A stretch of DNA of 63,479 bases. Origin: Aplysia californica (lineage: Eukaryota). The notes under the pieces are model-generated. The model made no database searches and was not told the DNA's origin. It worked only from the letters and a program-made list of their open reading frames with translations. Positions 37,301-46,746 of the stretch are shown here, in pieces. A program made the position numbers and the translations under genes. Each line of letters opens with the position of its first letter. The stretch's first letter is position 1. The DNA lies in contig NW_004797681.1 in assembly GCF_000002075.1 (NCBI RefSeq), positions 395,814 to 459,292 on the forward strand, in the 5' to 3' direction.

Positions 37301-39213
37301 TCATGTCACGCTCATAAATGTGTCTGATCTACAACAGGGAACTGCTGCCTTTTCTTTCCTAATCCTTACTATTGTCATTTTCCTCTACTTCTTTTGTATG
37401 TTTGTCACTCTCTTGTGACCTGCTATTTTTGGGGTGCCTTGATAGTCGAAGCAGACCTTTTGCTGTTGAAGCTAGAGAGGTGAGCAGAATAAGTCTTGAT
37501 TCCCTGTAAAGACTTCTCTGTTGACACCCACCCCTTGGCGCTCATATGACCTTATGCAGTTGCGAGCGCCGTAAAACCCTCTACTATAAAAATAAAAAAT
37601 AAAAAAATTCAGTTCTCAGTACCTTTGGTCTGAGTTATATTTGAGATGTACTGGACTGACCTGGTTCAATATGGTCAACTAAACATGGGTCCAACATTAA
37701 TATCAGTTGCACAATAACATATTAACATGGGGTGAAGGTGGGTGGCCATTTACTTGTTTTATTTGTGACTATTTTTCTTCTTCCCTTTGAATTCTTTTCT
37801 TTGTTCCTTTCTTTCTGCCTGTCTTTCTTGCTTTTTCCATGGGCTAAATGTCTGTTTATGTCGATGTGACTTTTTTACCTATTTTTTTGTTTGTTAACCT
37901 AGCAGAAACTGATTGTGGATGGTTGGCGGGTGCTCTAGTGTGGTTTTCTCCTCCTTTCCTATCAGACATCTATAGAGCTTATCTCCCCCTCCTTTTTGTG
38001 CGTTTGTTGTTCATCTGTAACACCTTCTATATTCAGCACTTGTGTGACCTTGTGTTGCAAGTGCTGTTGAACTCTTACTTAAACAAACTGATTTGAGTCT
38101 ATTCTAACGTTGTTGTGTGTGGTGTAGATGAGTCGTCACTTTGAGCTGCTCAACTACAGCGAGCATGGCACCACGGTGGACAACGTTCTCTACTCCTGTG
38201 ACTTCTCGGACAAACCGGCCACCACCCCTCAACCCCTGCCTGTGGTGGCCGCTGTACGGGGCATCATCGGGGGCAAGGGGCGCTCTAAAGGCGGGGCCAA
38301 GTCACGCGCCGCCTGGACGCAGTCGGAGATCAGGGACACAGACAAGCTGAAAATGTCGGCCAAGGCTCAGGAAGTAAGTGGGCGCCTCTTGAAAATGTGA
38401 CTTCTTCTAAAGCTCACTCTTTCTTATGAACTGTTTTTACTGTTTTAAAAATGAAGACTAGAAAGCACTGAGGTCGCGTACTGTTAAAAAGGAGTTCATC
38501 TGTTTGTCGTAGCTGTGTCTCTCTGTCGGGTGGTTGGAGGGCACCACTGGTATGTTCTACTTTTAAAATCTTCCATTGGATCTTTTTCTGTCTTGCTTTG
38601 TTCTTGCATGGGCGGTTGGTGGGTACTCTGGTGTGGTTTGTTCCTTCTTTTACATGGATTTACCTATCTTCCTTTTTTTTTTTTTACTTCTGTGTTAATC
38701 TCTAGAAACACCTCTAATCTTGAACACATATATGACTTCGTTGTGTTTCAAGCGATGTAAAAGTCTTACTAAAACTAAGATTAATTTGTTTGTACTAAAT
38801 GGACTTATTGTGGTGATATGCTTCTTCCCACCCTTCACGTTACGACCATGTTCTTATCCCTCCCACAGGGGATCTGCGCCTGCAGCTGTAGGGGGAGCGG
38901 GTCCAGCCTGATTGGTGGGAGTGGGGCGGGCTGGGAGGGCACGGCCTTACTACACCACGGCAGCGCGGTCAAGGTGGGCTGTCTACAGTTTGTGTTCAGC
39001 ATTGTGGACCAGGCCCCCGATCACCGGCTGGCTGGCAGTGGCCGTGACTTCTCTTCCTCCTCCCTGTCCGTCCATCACTCGGCCTCCTCGGCTATGTCTT
39101 CGTCTAGCGCGCGGTTCTCCTCCATGCCGCTTCTTTCCTCCTCCCAGTACCTGCACAACCAGCCCAGCACCTCCCTGCTCAAGACTCAGCTCCGGACCAC
39201 CACTGCACCCTGA
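20425..39213 (+). CDS. PHF12: PHD finger protein 12 (Pf1, Sin3/HDAC-MRG15 complex subunit), 16 coding exons, ~1044 aa
   Basis: N-terminus [14 protein letters not shown]; PHD1 [25 protein letters not shown]; MRG-binding NPVQF; PHD2 [33 protein letters not shown]; [14 protein letters not shown]; [25 protein letters not shown] and [12 protein letters not shown]. All phases fit; total 3135 nt. Confidence 0.96.
21139..21617 (-). mobile_element. M2 second copy, inserted in reverse into the outer M2
   Basis: Perfect 9-bp TSD tttactttt at 21130-21138 and 21618-21626; 479 bp, colinear with the outer copy. Confidence 0.85.
21628..22510 (-). mobile_element. M1 Mutator-like element, second copy
   Basis: TSD ttacttttt/ttactttat; reverse complement of 3207-4195; [26 protein letters not shown] from 22338. 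Confidence 0.85.
23191..23378 (+). CDS. PHF12: PHF12 exon 2 (PHD1 start)
   Basis: cacag|QIQMLVAPP...FHLLC CA|gtaagt. Confidence 0.95.
24070..24145 (+). CDS. PHF12: PHF12 exon 3 (PHD1 end)
   Basis: tgcag|[26 protein letters not shown]|gtaagc. Confidence 0.94.
24760..25088 (+). mobile_element. Old headless retroposon family R0, interrupted by an R1 copy (24856-25033)
   Basis: R1 TSD agaaaatagctgt; R0 tail gttattgtgtcaatgtgcttttccttactcaaagaaacaa. Confidence 0.7.
25110..25305 (+). CDS. PHF12: PHF12 exon 4 (MRG-binding region)
   Basis: ttcag|TKDDD...MNPVQFDV...PLP G|gtgggc. Confidence 0.9.
26593..26707 (+). CDS. PHF12: PHF12 exon 5
   Basis: tacag|GSSKR...[21 protein letters not shown]|gtaggt; missed by the ORF track. 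Confidence 0.92.
29433..29600 (+). mobile_element. R0 retroposon with an internal ~29-bp tandem duplication
   Basis: gggtggtcagaagg..agtaggtcct head; tail gcactaaatgatcattgttgtgttatgtgcttctctttactcaaa. Confidence 0.6.
29650..29782 (+). CDS. PHF12: PHF12 exon 6 (PHD2)
   Basis: cttag|[15 protein letters not shown]...PNHVEHFL|gtgggt. Confidence 0.95.
30219..30391 (+). mobile_element. R1 retroposon
   Basis: Colinear with 13142-13320. Confidence 0.85.
30615..30785 (+). CDS. PHF12: PHF12 exon 7
   Basis: tacag|DSHLL...[12 protein letters not shown]...PTIS|gtaagt. Confidence 0.93.
31060..31203 (+). CDS. PHF12: PHF12 exon 8
   Basis: tccag|[12 protein letters not shown]...EQEE|gtaaag. Confidence 0.93.
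31770..32540 (+). CDS. PHF12: PHF12 exon 9 (Ser/Asn-rich)
   Basis: ttcag|WLSSVVSMQ...QTAK|gtgaga, 771 nt open. Confidence 0.9.
33039..33219 (+). CDS. PHF12: PHF12 exon 10
   Basis: atcag|VILPGSK...SATAL G|gtcagt; low complexity, phase-compatible. Confidence 0.8.
33306..33570 (-). mobile_element. SINE S1, 3' portion
   Basis: Reverse complement of ~54820-55080. Confidence 0.8.
33575..33695 (+). mobile_element. R0 retroposon, 3' part
   Basis: Tail gctgttattgtgtcaatgtgcttccctttactgaaacaaacaa. Confidence 0.6.
33859..33993 (+). CDS. PHF12: PHF12 exon 11
   Basis: ttcag|[10 protein letters not shown]...[15 protein letters not shown]|gtaggt; phase 1-1. Confidence 0.78.
34219..34879. mobile_element. 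hAT-like MITE inserted in a ~40-bp degenerate tandem repeat
   Basis: TIR tagggatgggcaggtacc / gtaccgcccagcacta; 8-bp TSD gtgtatca/gtgaatcg. Confidence 0.7.
35165..35279 (+). mobile_element. R0 retroposon, degenerate
   Basis: gtaggtcc head remnant; tail gcactcagtgacagttgttgtgtccatgtgcttctgttgactcaaacgaac. Confidence 0.55.
35313..35516 (+). CDS. PHF12: PHF12 exon 12
   Basis: tgcag|[26 protein letters not shown]...SQQ A|gtaagt. Confidence 0.9.
35640..35745 (+). mobile_element. R1 retroposon, 3' half
   Basis: ctctcttgtaacgcctctaatctt...gtgctgtaaa. Confidence 0.7.
36076..36171 (+). CDS. PHF12: PHF12 exon 13
   Basis: ttcag|[14 protein letters not shown]...YRSLSLGT G|gttggt. Confidence 0.92.
36240..36545 (+). 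mobile_element. CORE-type SINE with L2-like tail
   Basis: ctcactgcacccagatgggaatgggtacc; tail tgtaaagtgcatagagc...gcgctctataaat(att)n. Confidence 0.65.
36917..36999 (+). CDS. PHF12: PHF12 exon 14 (FHA)
   Basis: tctag|[29 protein letters not shown]|gtgggt. Confidence 0.94.
37202..37603 (+). mobile_element. ~390-bp retroposon family R2
   Basis: TSD aaattcagt; near-identical to 50064-50450; shared ggcgctc..gagcgcc tail. Confidence 0.85.
37736..37878 (+). mobile_element. R0-like retroposon, degenerate
   Basis: ggtgggtgg head, pyrimidine body, tail ggctaaatgtctgtttatgtcgatgtgac. Confidence 0.45.
37915..38084 (+). mobile_element. R1 retroposon
   Basis: TSD aaactgatt. Confidence 0.85.
38128..38373 (+). 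CDS. PHF12: PHF12 exon 15 (FHA)
   Basis: tgtag|[27 protein letters not shown]...KAQE|gtaagt. Confidence 0.94.
38527..38830 (+). mobile_element. R0 retroposon interrupted by an R1 copy (38609-38778)
   Basis: gggtggttggagggcaccactggta head; R0-like tail gtactaaatggacttattgtggtgatatgcttc resumes after R1. Confidence 0.6.
38869..39213 (+). CDS. PHF12: PHF12 exon 16 (last coding exon)
   Basis: cacag|GICACSC...[25 protein letters not shown]...TTTAP*. Confidence 0.93.
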   Translation, partial: GICACSCRGSGSSLIGGSGAGWEGTALLHHGSAVKVGCLQFVFSIVDQAPDHRLAGSGRDFSSSSLSVHHSASSAMSSSSARFSSMPLLSSSQYLHNQPSTSLLKTQLRTTTAP

Positions 39214-39385
39214 CAAAAGGATGTCCCGAAACTTGGTGATGACACGTGTTGGGAGTCTTCTAGAGACACACAGCTCAGGTCCACACTTGCACCCTGGAGA
39301 AAGGATCTCCTGGAACTTGAAGATGACACGTGTTTGGGAATCTTCTAGATACAAGTGGCTTAGGTCCACACCCACACCACCGTGA
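39184..39385 (+). repeat. 84-bp tandem repeat (~2.4 copies) spanning the PHF12 stop codon
   Basis: actcagctccggaccaccactgcaccctgacaaaaggatg... / acacagctcaggtccacacttgcaccctggagaaaggatc... Confidence 0.85.
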
Positions 39386-39647
39386 AGAAAGACCAGAACC
39401 TCTCCACTGTCACCCAGGATCTTCCTGTTAGGATAGGAAATTTGTTGGGAGCTGCTCATGTTTACCACAGCTTGTTCGACTGATATCAGCCCCCCCCCCC
39501 AAGATTTACCCTGTACATAGAGGTGACTCGGATTGGTCAACTTGAAGGGACACAATTCAGATCCACCACCACCCCCCTGACGTCCTCACCATTGCCGATC
39601 AGTAGAGATGGCACAGCTTGGAAACTGTTAGAAGAGATATAGCAATA

Positions 39648-39940
39648 TACACAGTGTGTGTTTCCCATGTTTTTGACACAGTGTTTGTTCCCTGCATACC
39701 AACACACTGTGTGTTCTCCATATTTTGACACATTGTGGGTTTCCCATGTTTTGACACACACACACACTATGTATTCCATGTGTTTCAACACACACACACA
39801 CACTGATGTGCTCATATGACCTTATGCAGTTGCGAGCGCTGTAAAACTCTTACTAAAAGAACACACCCCGTGTGTTCCACGCGTTTTGACACACACAGTG
39901 TGTTCCTAGTGTTTTGACACACAGTCACATGTGTGTTCTC
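39648..39940. repeat. ~27-29-bp minisatellite (acacagtgtgtgtttcccatgttttg) with an embedded R1-type tail at 39808-39858
   Basis: Direct reading. Confidence 0.75.
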
Positions 39941-41868
39941 TCCTTAGTTGCCAGTTTGTCGGTTTCTTAGTATGAGAAGTGGGAGCTCATTAGTTTTTTT
40001 GTCTTGATGATCCGGCTGGTTCTGGGTCTTGTAATGTCAAAAATAATGCAGGCTCTTCCGTGTGTTTTGTGTAGTGCAGAGTGTGAGTGTGTATGTGATC
40101 ACACAATACTGTTTCTTATAGGAACACTGCCACAAGTAGCCACAGTGTGATGATGATTTTCCAGCTGTGTTGCTTCTCCTTTTGATACGGGTGTGTGCGG
40201 GAGAGGGGGTTGGTTGGAAGGTGTGTATCTTTGAGTTTTTTTTCTTCACTTTGTATTGAATGATTTTGTGGTAATATTGTGTTTGGTTTATGTCGGGGGA
40301 TTTTCTGCCAGGTTTGGTCTCATTGGCTCTAGCAGAAGCCACAAGTCATCTAATTTTTTATGTTGTTCAGTTTCACTTAAGAAATATTCTCCTCTATGGT
40401 TGCATTGGTCATCGTCGGACACTGATGGACAAACTTGTTATTATCATTGAAGTGAAAAGGAAAGTATTTCCAGGTTGTTGTGTAGAGGTCAGCCTTCCTT
40501 ATTGTTGGGCATTATTATTTTGGTGGAATTTATTTCCACTTAGACTTCAGTTTTATCTGACCTGTTTTATGTTGCAAGTGCAGTAAAACTATTATTAAAA
40601 CTAAACCGAAACTCTCCAAGAACTAGTCGGGGCAACTGTGACATTGAAGTCCCATTTTAACGGCTGTCACAAGTTTTGGAAAGTTTGAATATAATATAAA
40701 CTTCTTTTTTTTAAATTGAGAGATAAAGTTAATAGTGTAAGAGGAGGGAAGGGCATATGGGTGTGAGGGTTACAGGGGTGGTAACTGTCTCTATGCTCTA
40801 TTTGGGCTGGTGTTGATATTGGTTAAACACATTGTCAAAGGTACGTAGCAATTTCTTTGTGAAATAACTTTTTTTGTTGTTGTTTTGGGAGTTAAGGTAC
40901 TCTTTGACATACGTCTTCCCTGTAACAACTTATCCGATTCTCTGTGTTTATGTTTGAGAATGTGAAAACCTGATAATAATCTTTGTTTTTTTCTCTTGGG
41001 TTCTGGCAGTTGTGATTCCTTTGTGCAAATCAAGAGAGTGTGTTTTGTGTAAATGTTTTGTTCCTTTGCACTATACGCTGTGTGTTAACTCCATGACCGG
41101 CAGCCTGTCCACTTGATTGTGGTGTTTACGGCCAGAATATGACCAGGGGATTACAGCAGGCTTTTGATTCTCTCACATGAAGAATGACTTGTCCAATGGT
41201 GGAGACAAGCAGTCTCGTGAGTGTATAATGCTCTCTTGATCTTACACTTTTGGATGCAGCTGCTTGAGCCGTTGCGTGGAAAACTTCACGAGCTGATTCT
41301 AATGTGCAGATGTGTCTGATCAAGCATCTTGGTCAATCTGCAGGGATGTCGTATCCTTTTTATCCAGGGTTGGCCCTGACAGGCAGGGTTGAAGCAGCTG
41401 TCCTCTTAAATGATGTAAATAGTGTTGATAGGGGCATAAAAGTCTAGTGACATTTTTTTAACACTACACTTCCCCCCTCTTAATGAAAACATTCTGGGAA
41501 AGCTGATGCTGTTCCAGTGTACTTAAAAAGTTGTCGAAGAAAGCCAAGAATGGTTAACGAGAGACGACTGATGACTGAGCATGTTGCTGTGATACCTGAG
41601 GGAGAAGCTTGTATGTTTGTATTCCACGCTTGTTGTGACAGTCTCTCCCTCTTTAGGCCAGTTCTTGTTGGAACATATCAATGCAGCCTCTTGTTTCTCA
41701 CATTGGTTGTAGGTTTTTGGGTGAAATGTTGACCATTATGAGTGAAATGTTTTTGTCTACTTATTGTCTTTTTCTGACACAGGGTATGTTTGACTAAACT
41801 TGAGAACTTGGTGATTCCATCTCTTTGATTCTTTGCAGTAATATTTGTGGAGTTTATTTGTGTGTTGT

Positions 41869-42045
41869 TGGATGGTTAGCAGGTGCTCTGGTGTGGTTTG
41901 CTCCTTTTTTTCCCATCAAACATCTGTCGTCCCTATCCCGCCTTCTTTTCTTTATGTGTTACTCTTTGATAACACCTAATCTTCGGCACTTATGATGACT
42001 TAATTGTGTCACAAGTGCTGTAAAACTCCTGCTGAAACTCAAACA
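41869..42045 (+). mobile_element. R1 retroposon
   Basis: Colinear with the R1 consensus. Confidence 0.8.
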
Positions 42046-42645
42046 ATAAGAAAGCAGGAGGAAGGTCTCGGAGATCACTCTGTAAGGTCTAGGAAGTATA
42101 GGAGGAGGAGGATGTTTGGTTGTGTGTGTACTTCAAAGTACTTGTCTGCAGGATAAAGGAGTTTGCCGAAAATTGTCCCTGTGAGTATTTGTGTGTGTGT
42201 GCTTGTGTGCATGCATTTATGGGTTCCTGTTACTGAATAGAGGTCAGAGACTTAACTGAGAGTTGTATTTACTGTAGACAGCTGATCCCATGGTTTGTGA
42301 GACTGCTGGTGTTCTGTTTATAATCAAGCATTGGGAAAAGGATGAGTTTTATCACGGAGTGCTTTGTCTCTCCTCTTGTGGTTCTTTTTTTTATCATCAT
42401 AGACAGTAGACAGGGTCCAGCTGCTTCTAGTGAAAGGAGAAAGGTCACATTTTCTCTGGCCTTTTTCCTGTCAATATACATACTATAGATATAATATATA
42501 TGTTGCCTTCGCTGATACCTAGTCGAGTTTTTAAAAAAGAATGTCAACACTGTCTCTGGAGAGGGGGTTTCTGTAGTGGTACAATGGAGAGGATTTTTTT
42601 TTTTACAGTGTAGTGTCGTAATATGATGATGTCCTTTAGTTGAGT

Positions 42646-42810
42646 TGGGTGGTTTTGGAGGAGGGTCACTAGTACGTCCTACTTCTTGTCTCTAGTAGGT
42701 CCTACTTCTTTCATTTCCCTTATTTCCTTGTTACTCTTTATATCTGTCTAACCTTTCCTCGAACATTTCAGTTACTGTCTTTCTGTTGATGTGCTTCAGT
42801 TCACACAAGA
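42646..42810 (+). mobile_element. R0 retroposon
   Basis: gggtggttttggagg..cactagtacgtcctac head; ctgttgatgtgcttc tail. Confidence 0.55.
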
Positions 42811-42943
42811 GAAGGGGGGGGGGGGCTTTCTGTAGGAGCATGTTGTCCAGGATGTATGTCGGCCTCCCATTGATCTGTGGGCGCAATTGTTATGCTTTGT
42901 GTCTTTCCGTTCTGTCCGCAAACTGTTTACAGTAGTTTACTAC

Positions 42944-43122
42944 GTGGGTGGTTGGCGGGTGCTCTAGTATGGTATGCTTCTTCTTTCCTATGAAACATCT
43001 ATCGTCCTTATCTCCCCTTCTTCTTTTTTATGTTTGTTACTCTCTTGTAACACCTCAAATCTTCTGGTGCTCATATGACCTTATGCAGTTGCGAACGCCG
43101 TAAAACCTCTACTAAAACTAAC
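42944..43122 (+). mobile_element. R1 retroposon, young copy
   Basis: TSD tagtttact. Confidence 0.88.
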
Positions 43123-44095
43123 TAGTTTACTGGGGGGGGGGGGGGGGGGGGGTAGAGAGACACTGGAGCCTTGTCACAGTCTCTGCACGTCCGCCTTCTT
43201 GCATTTGTTAAGACTTTGTGTAGTTGATGAATACTGTAATTCAAATTCCAAAGCAATGTGTTTGTTCTGATCAGGTGTTGGGGTGGGTGGGTTATCCCCG
43301 TTGAAGTTTGTGCATGTGCACGTGTGCGGAAGTTTTTGTCTACAAGACAATGTTTATTGTTCACTGGATTTATCCATGGTTTTTTGAAAGGCATAATACC
43401 TGATGTGGCTGGTGGATTGTAAGGACCATTTTGTGTTCAAGAATGTTTTTGATATTGGCAGCTGATTTGGTTGTTTGAGAGTTGGAGAGGTGATGGAATA
43501 TGAAAAATATCACTTCTTCAGTGTAGAGCAGTGAGGATCAATGTCTCTTAAGTGTGCTTGTGAAGTGAAGAGTTCAAGAACCATTCATTGTAAAATGTCG
43601 ATTCAATGTTGTTGCCTGCCGACCTGACAAATGTCACATTGTCAGTCTTCATGAATACAATCTGTCACGCGTGACAAGTCTTGATCTAAGATCAGGGAAC
43701 CGTGAATGGTCTCAGGATGCAGAAGTTTGTGTTCTTTTGGGCTGTGGGATATTGTGTATTCCTTGAATTAGTTGAATCCGGTCATTTACTGTTCCTTCTG
43801 GGTTGGTGGCTTTAGTAGTAGTGGTAGTAAAGGTAGTAGTAGTCATAGTAGCCCACTGGTCTGTTCGTGTGTCCTGCGTGGAGTTACTTCTCATGTACCA
43901 TGCTGTGGATGAGATGCGTTCTGTAGAGATAGAGAGATGATAAGAAAGATAGTAATAGAACGTGAGTTTATTGTGGAGGATTCTGCCAGTGTCAGTCAGA
44001 CTCGAGAGGGGTGTCGGGTTGGGGCTGAAGAGGGCGCTACACACTTTTTTTTCCTTTCTTTTTTGCCTTTATTTTGTTTTAGAATCTAGGATCTA

Positions 44096-44237
44096 CAGTG
44101 GAGCTCGGATTCAACGAGATGAGATTGATTCCCCGGTGGGTTTTTTTTTTCTTCTTTGAAATCAATAAAAGTAACCCAGATTCAACGAGCACTTAAATCA
44201 GCGAGCTCGGATTCAACGAGGTCGCTTCCAGGGGGGA
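44096..44237 (+). mobile_element. Left end of pogo-like MITE P1, cut by a gap
   Basis: TA|cagtggagctcggattcaacga..., near-identical to 44967-45120. Confidence 0.85.
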
Positions 44238-44337
44238 NNNNNNNNNNNNNNNNNNNNNNNNNNNNNNNNNNNNNNNNNNNNNNNNNNNNNNNNNNNNNNN
44301 NNNNNNNNNNNNNNNNNNNNNNNNNNNNNNNNNNNNN
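44238..44337. other. Assembly gap
   Basis: N run. Confidence 1.
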
Positions 44338-44402
44338 GTAGAGCGGGGATAAGCGCAATACAAGTGTTATTTTTTAAAATTTCTTTCCCTTGTCCAACTC
44401 AG

Positions 44403-44562
44403 GTGGGCAACCCGGGGCAAGACCACGGATACTGGGGCCGGCCAGAGGACATGACAATGCCCAGGCCATCTTACAAGATCACAGCGTCCAGACCTGGAAG
44501 TGATGTTGCTATGGAGACTGCAGCCGCCATGTCAGCTGGTTATCTGGTTTTCAAAGACAAAA
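44403..44562 (+). CDS. Isolated internal exon of a GH9 endo-beta-1,4-glucanase (animal cellulase)
   Basis: ctcag|[54 protein letters not shown]|gtaaga; [10 protein letters not shown] and PGSD..ETAAA are GH9 motifs; no other GH9 exon seen in the window. Confidence 0.9.
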
Positions 44563-44656
44563 GTAAGAGTGATTCATGCCAATGATGATGATGATTACTA
44601 TGATGATGGTTACTATAGCTATTGTAGTTATAAGATCTAATATTAGTTGTTTGTAT

Positions 44657-44694
44657 GTTCCTGATGAAGCCCTTAATTGGGCAAAACGTTGAAC
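44657..44694 (+). ncRNA. Minimal type I hammerhead ribozyme-like motif (Penelope-type), G12 mutated to A
   Basis: gttc-CTGATGA-A-GCCC-ttaatt-GGGC-AAAA-CGTT-gaac. Confidence 0.6.
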
Positions 44695-44745
44695 TTTTAT
44701 TTAAAAAATCTCCTGGAAATTCTACAAGTCGCAACCCTTTTTTAT

Positions 44746-44892
44746 NNNNNNNNNNNNNNNNNNNNNNNNNNNNNNNNNNNNNNNNNNNNNNNNNNNNNNN
44801 NNNNNNNNNNNNNNNNNNNNNNNNNNNNNNNNNNNNNNNNNNNNNNNNNNNNNNNNNNNNNNNNNNNNNNNNNNNNNNNNNNNNNNNNNNNN
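44746..44892. other. Assembly gap
   Basis: N run. Confidence 1.
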
Positions 44893-44966
44893 CGACAACA
44901 AAAACAACAAGAACAACAATATCACCATAATCATAATAATAGCCTAATAATAATATGGGGATATTA

Positions 44967-45777
44967 CAGTGGAACTCGGATTCAACGAAAACTCGGATTC
45001 AACGAGATGAGATAGATTCCCCGTTTTTTTCCCCTTCTTTAAAATCAATAAAAGTAACCCAGATTCAACGAGCACTTAAATCAGCGAGCTCGGATTCAAC
45101 GAGGTCGCTTCCAGGGGGGACAGCCCCCGCAGATGTGGCTTTGCTAATTTTTCTCCCAGAACGAACTTATTCTGTTCCCGCAAACCATCCATTGCACCTG
45201 AATCGTGAACCATTATTCACTTAGCCGATTGCATGCGACCAATCAGCGGCCTTTTTAAATACCAACACGTTTGTTGTTGGCATGCGCGCATATCTACTCT
45301 GGCGTGTGTCGGGGTCAGATGGGCGGCCTGCACACGTGTGGCTGCGTGTCGGGTCGGGGGGCACTAGCGGTCCGGACGTTGAACGTCGCATACAAACGCG
45401 TCAGTCTTTTTTCCCCCCTCGGCAACTGATCATTATTACAATAATAAGCTAGTCTTGGCGTAGATCTATGTACTGAATTGTGTGCTGGTTTATGAAATCA
45501 AAAGTTGCTGTCTGCTAGGCTCTACATCGCAACACAACTTTTTGGTAAACAATCGAGATGACACGGGCGTATGTATTTGAACAATTCGGTCTTTTTTTTA
45601 CACAGCTTATAATATGCAGGCATTTCAGGCACTACTTGTGACTTCTCTTGTACATTACTTGCTCAGTGCCTGTAATTATCTACACAAAACCTCGTGTTTG
45701 CTATAACGAACAGAACACTCGGATTCAACGAGATTTTAGGTCAGGCCCGACGACCTCGTTGAATCCGAGTTCCACTG
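44967..45777. mobile_element. pogo/Tigger-like MITE P1, full length
   Basis: Perfect 22-bp TIR cagtggaactcggattcaacga, TA TSD, subterminal ggattcaacgag repeats. Confidence 0.88.
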
Positions 45778-45991
45778 TACTACGTTGTGGGAATGTTAGG
45801 TAATTGTGTGGCTGTCTATTCTATTGTCCGTGGGTTTTTTGTTTGTTTGTTTGTCCTGCGTCTTTATCTGTGCCTACACGTTTCCTATTGGACAATGCCA
45901 TAGGCATGTCTGTTTTCTGGACCTGTTGCTTCCGGACTGAAAGACTTTGTTGTGTTGATGTTTTGGACTCTTTTCAGTTGTCTTTTGCGAG

Positions 45992-46055
45992 ATGCAGACA
46001 TTCATGAAAAGTCTCAAAGAGTGCAGACATTCATGAAAAGTCTCAAAGAGTGCAA
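45992..46055. repeat. 29-bp direct tandem duplication
   Basis: tgcagacattcatgaaaagtctcaaagag x2. Confidence 0.85.
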
Positions 46056-46646
46056 ACATACTAATTATAGCCCCCAAAAAATCTTTTTGGAAGTTGTTGG
46101 TTTTGATCACATGGACAGTGTTGTGAATCAAGTTCTTGTTAATGTGTTGTGTTTTAGAACCTTTAGGTGGGGTGGACTGATTGTTGCCAGTACTGGTGGG
46201 TTGAAAATGTTATGGGGGGGAAGAGGGATGAGTAGTCTGTGTTGTTGTTGTTGTTTTGTTTTTGGGGGGGGGGGGGTTGTCTGTATGATGGCTCTTTGCC
46301 AGTCATGAGCTATGTGCTACTGTGTACTAACTCCACTCTCCCAGTTTAGGAAGTCTATGTCTTACCCTTTAAGATTTTATTTTTTTTTAATCTTACATTT
46401 GGACCTCAAATTATTACATTTTATGTCCATGTTCCGTAGAAGTTCAGTTTCTTCAACTTTCATTGTGTAGTAGGCCTACTGATAACTCTGTATTGCTGCT
46501 TACAGAAGGGGAGATCAGAAGATTGTTTCCACTTTGTTAGTATTTGCAATTGAAATCCGGTGATTCTAAAATGGTTTACGTCTAAACCGGCCAAATGGAA
46601 TTTAGTACAAGCCAGCTCTTAGCTCTGTGGGGGGGGGGGGGGGGGC

Positions 46647-46746
46647 NNNNNNNNNNNNNNNNNNNNNNNNNNNNNNNNNNNNNNNNNNNNNNNNNNNNNN
46701 NNNNNNNNNNNNNNNNNNNNNNNNNNNNNNNNNNNNNNNNNNNNNN
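46647..46746. other. Assembly gap in a poly-G run
   Basis: N run. Confidence 1.

Noticed and set aside
38983-39555. 190-aa minus-strand ORF antisense to the last PHF12 exon
   Set aside because: Non-ATG start, GC-rich antisense shadow plus tandem repeat, and no recognisable domain.
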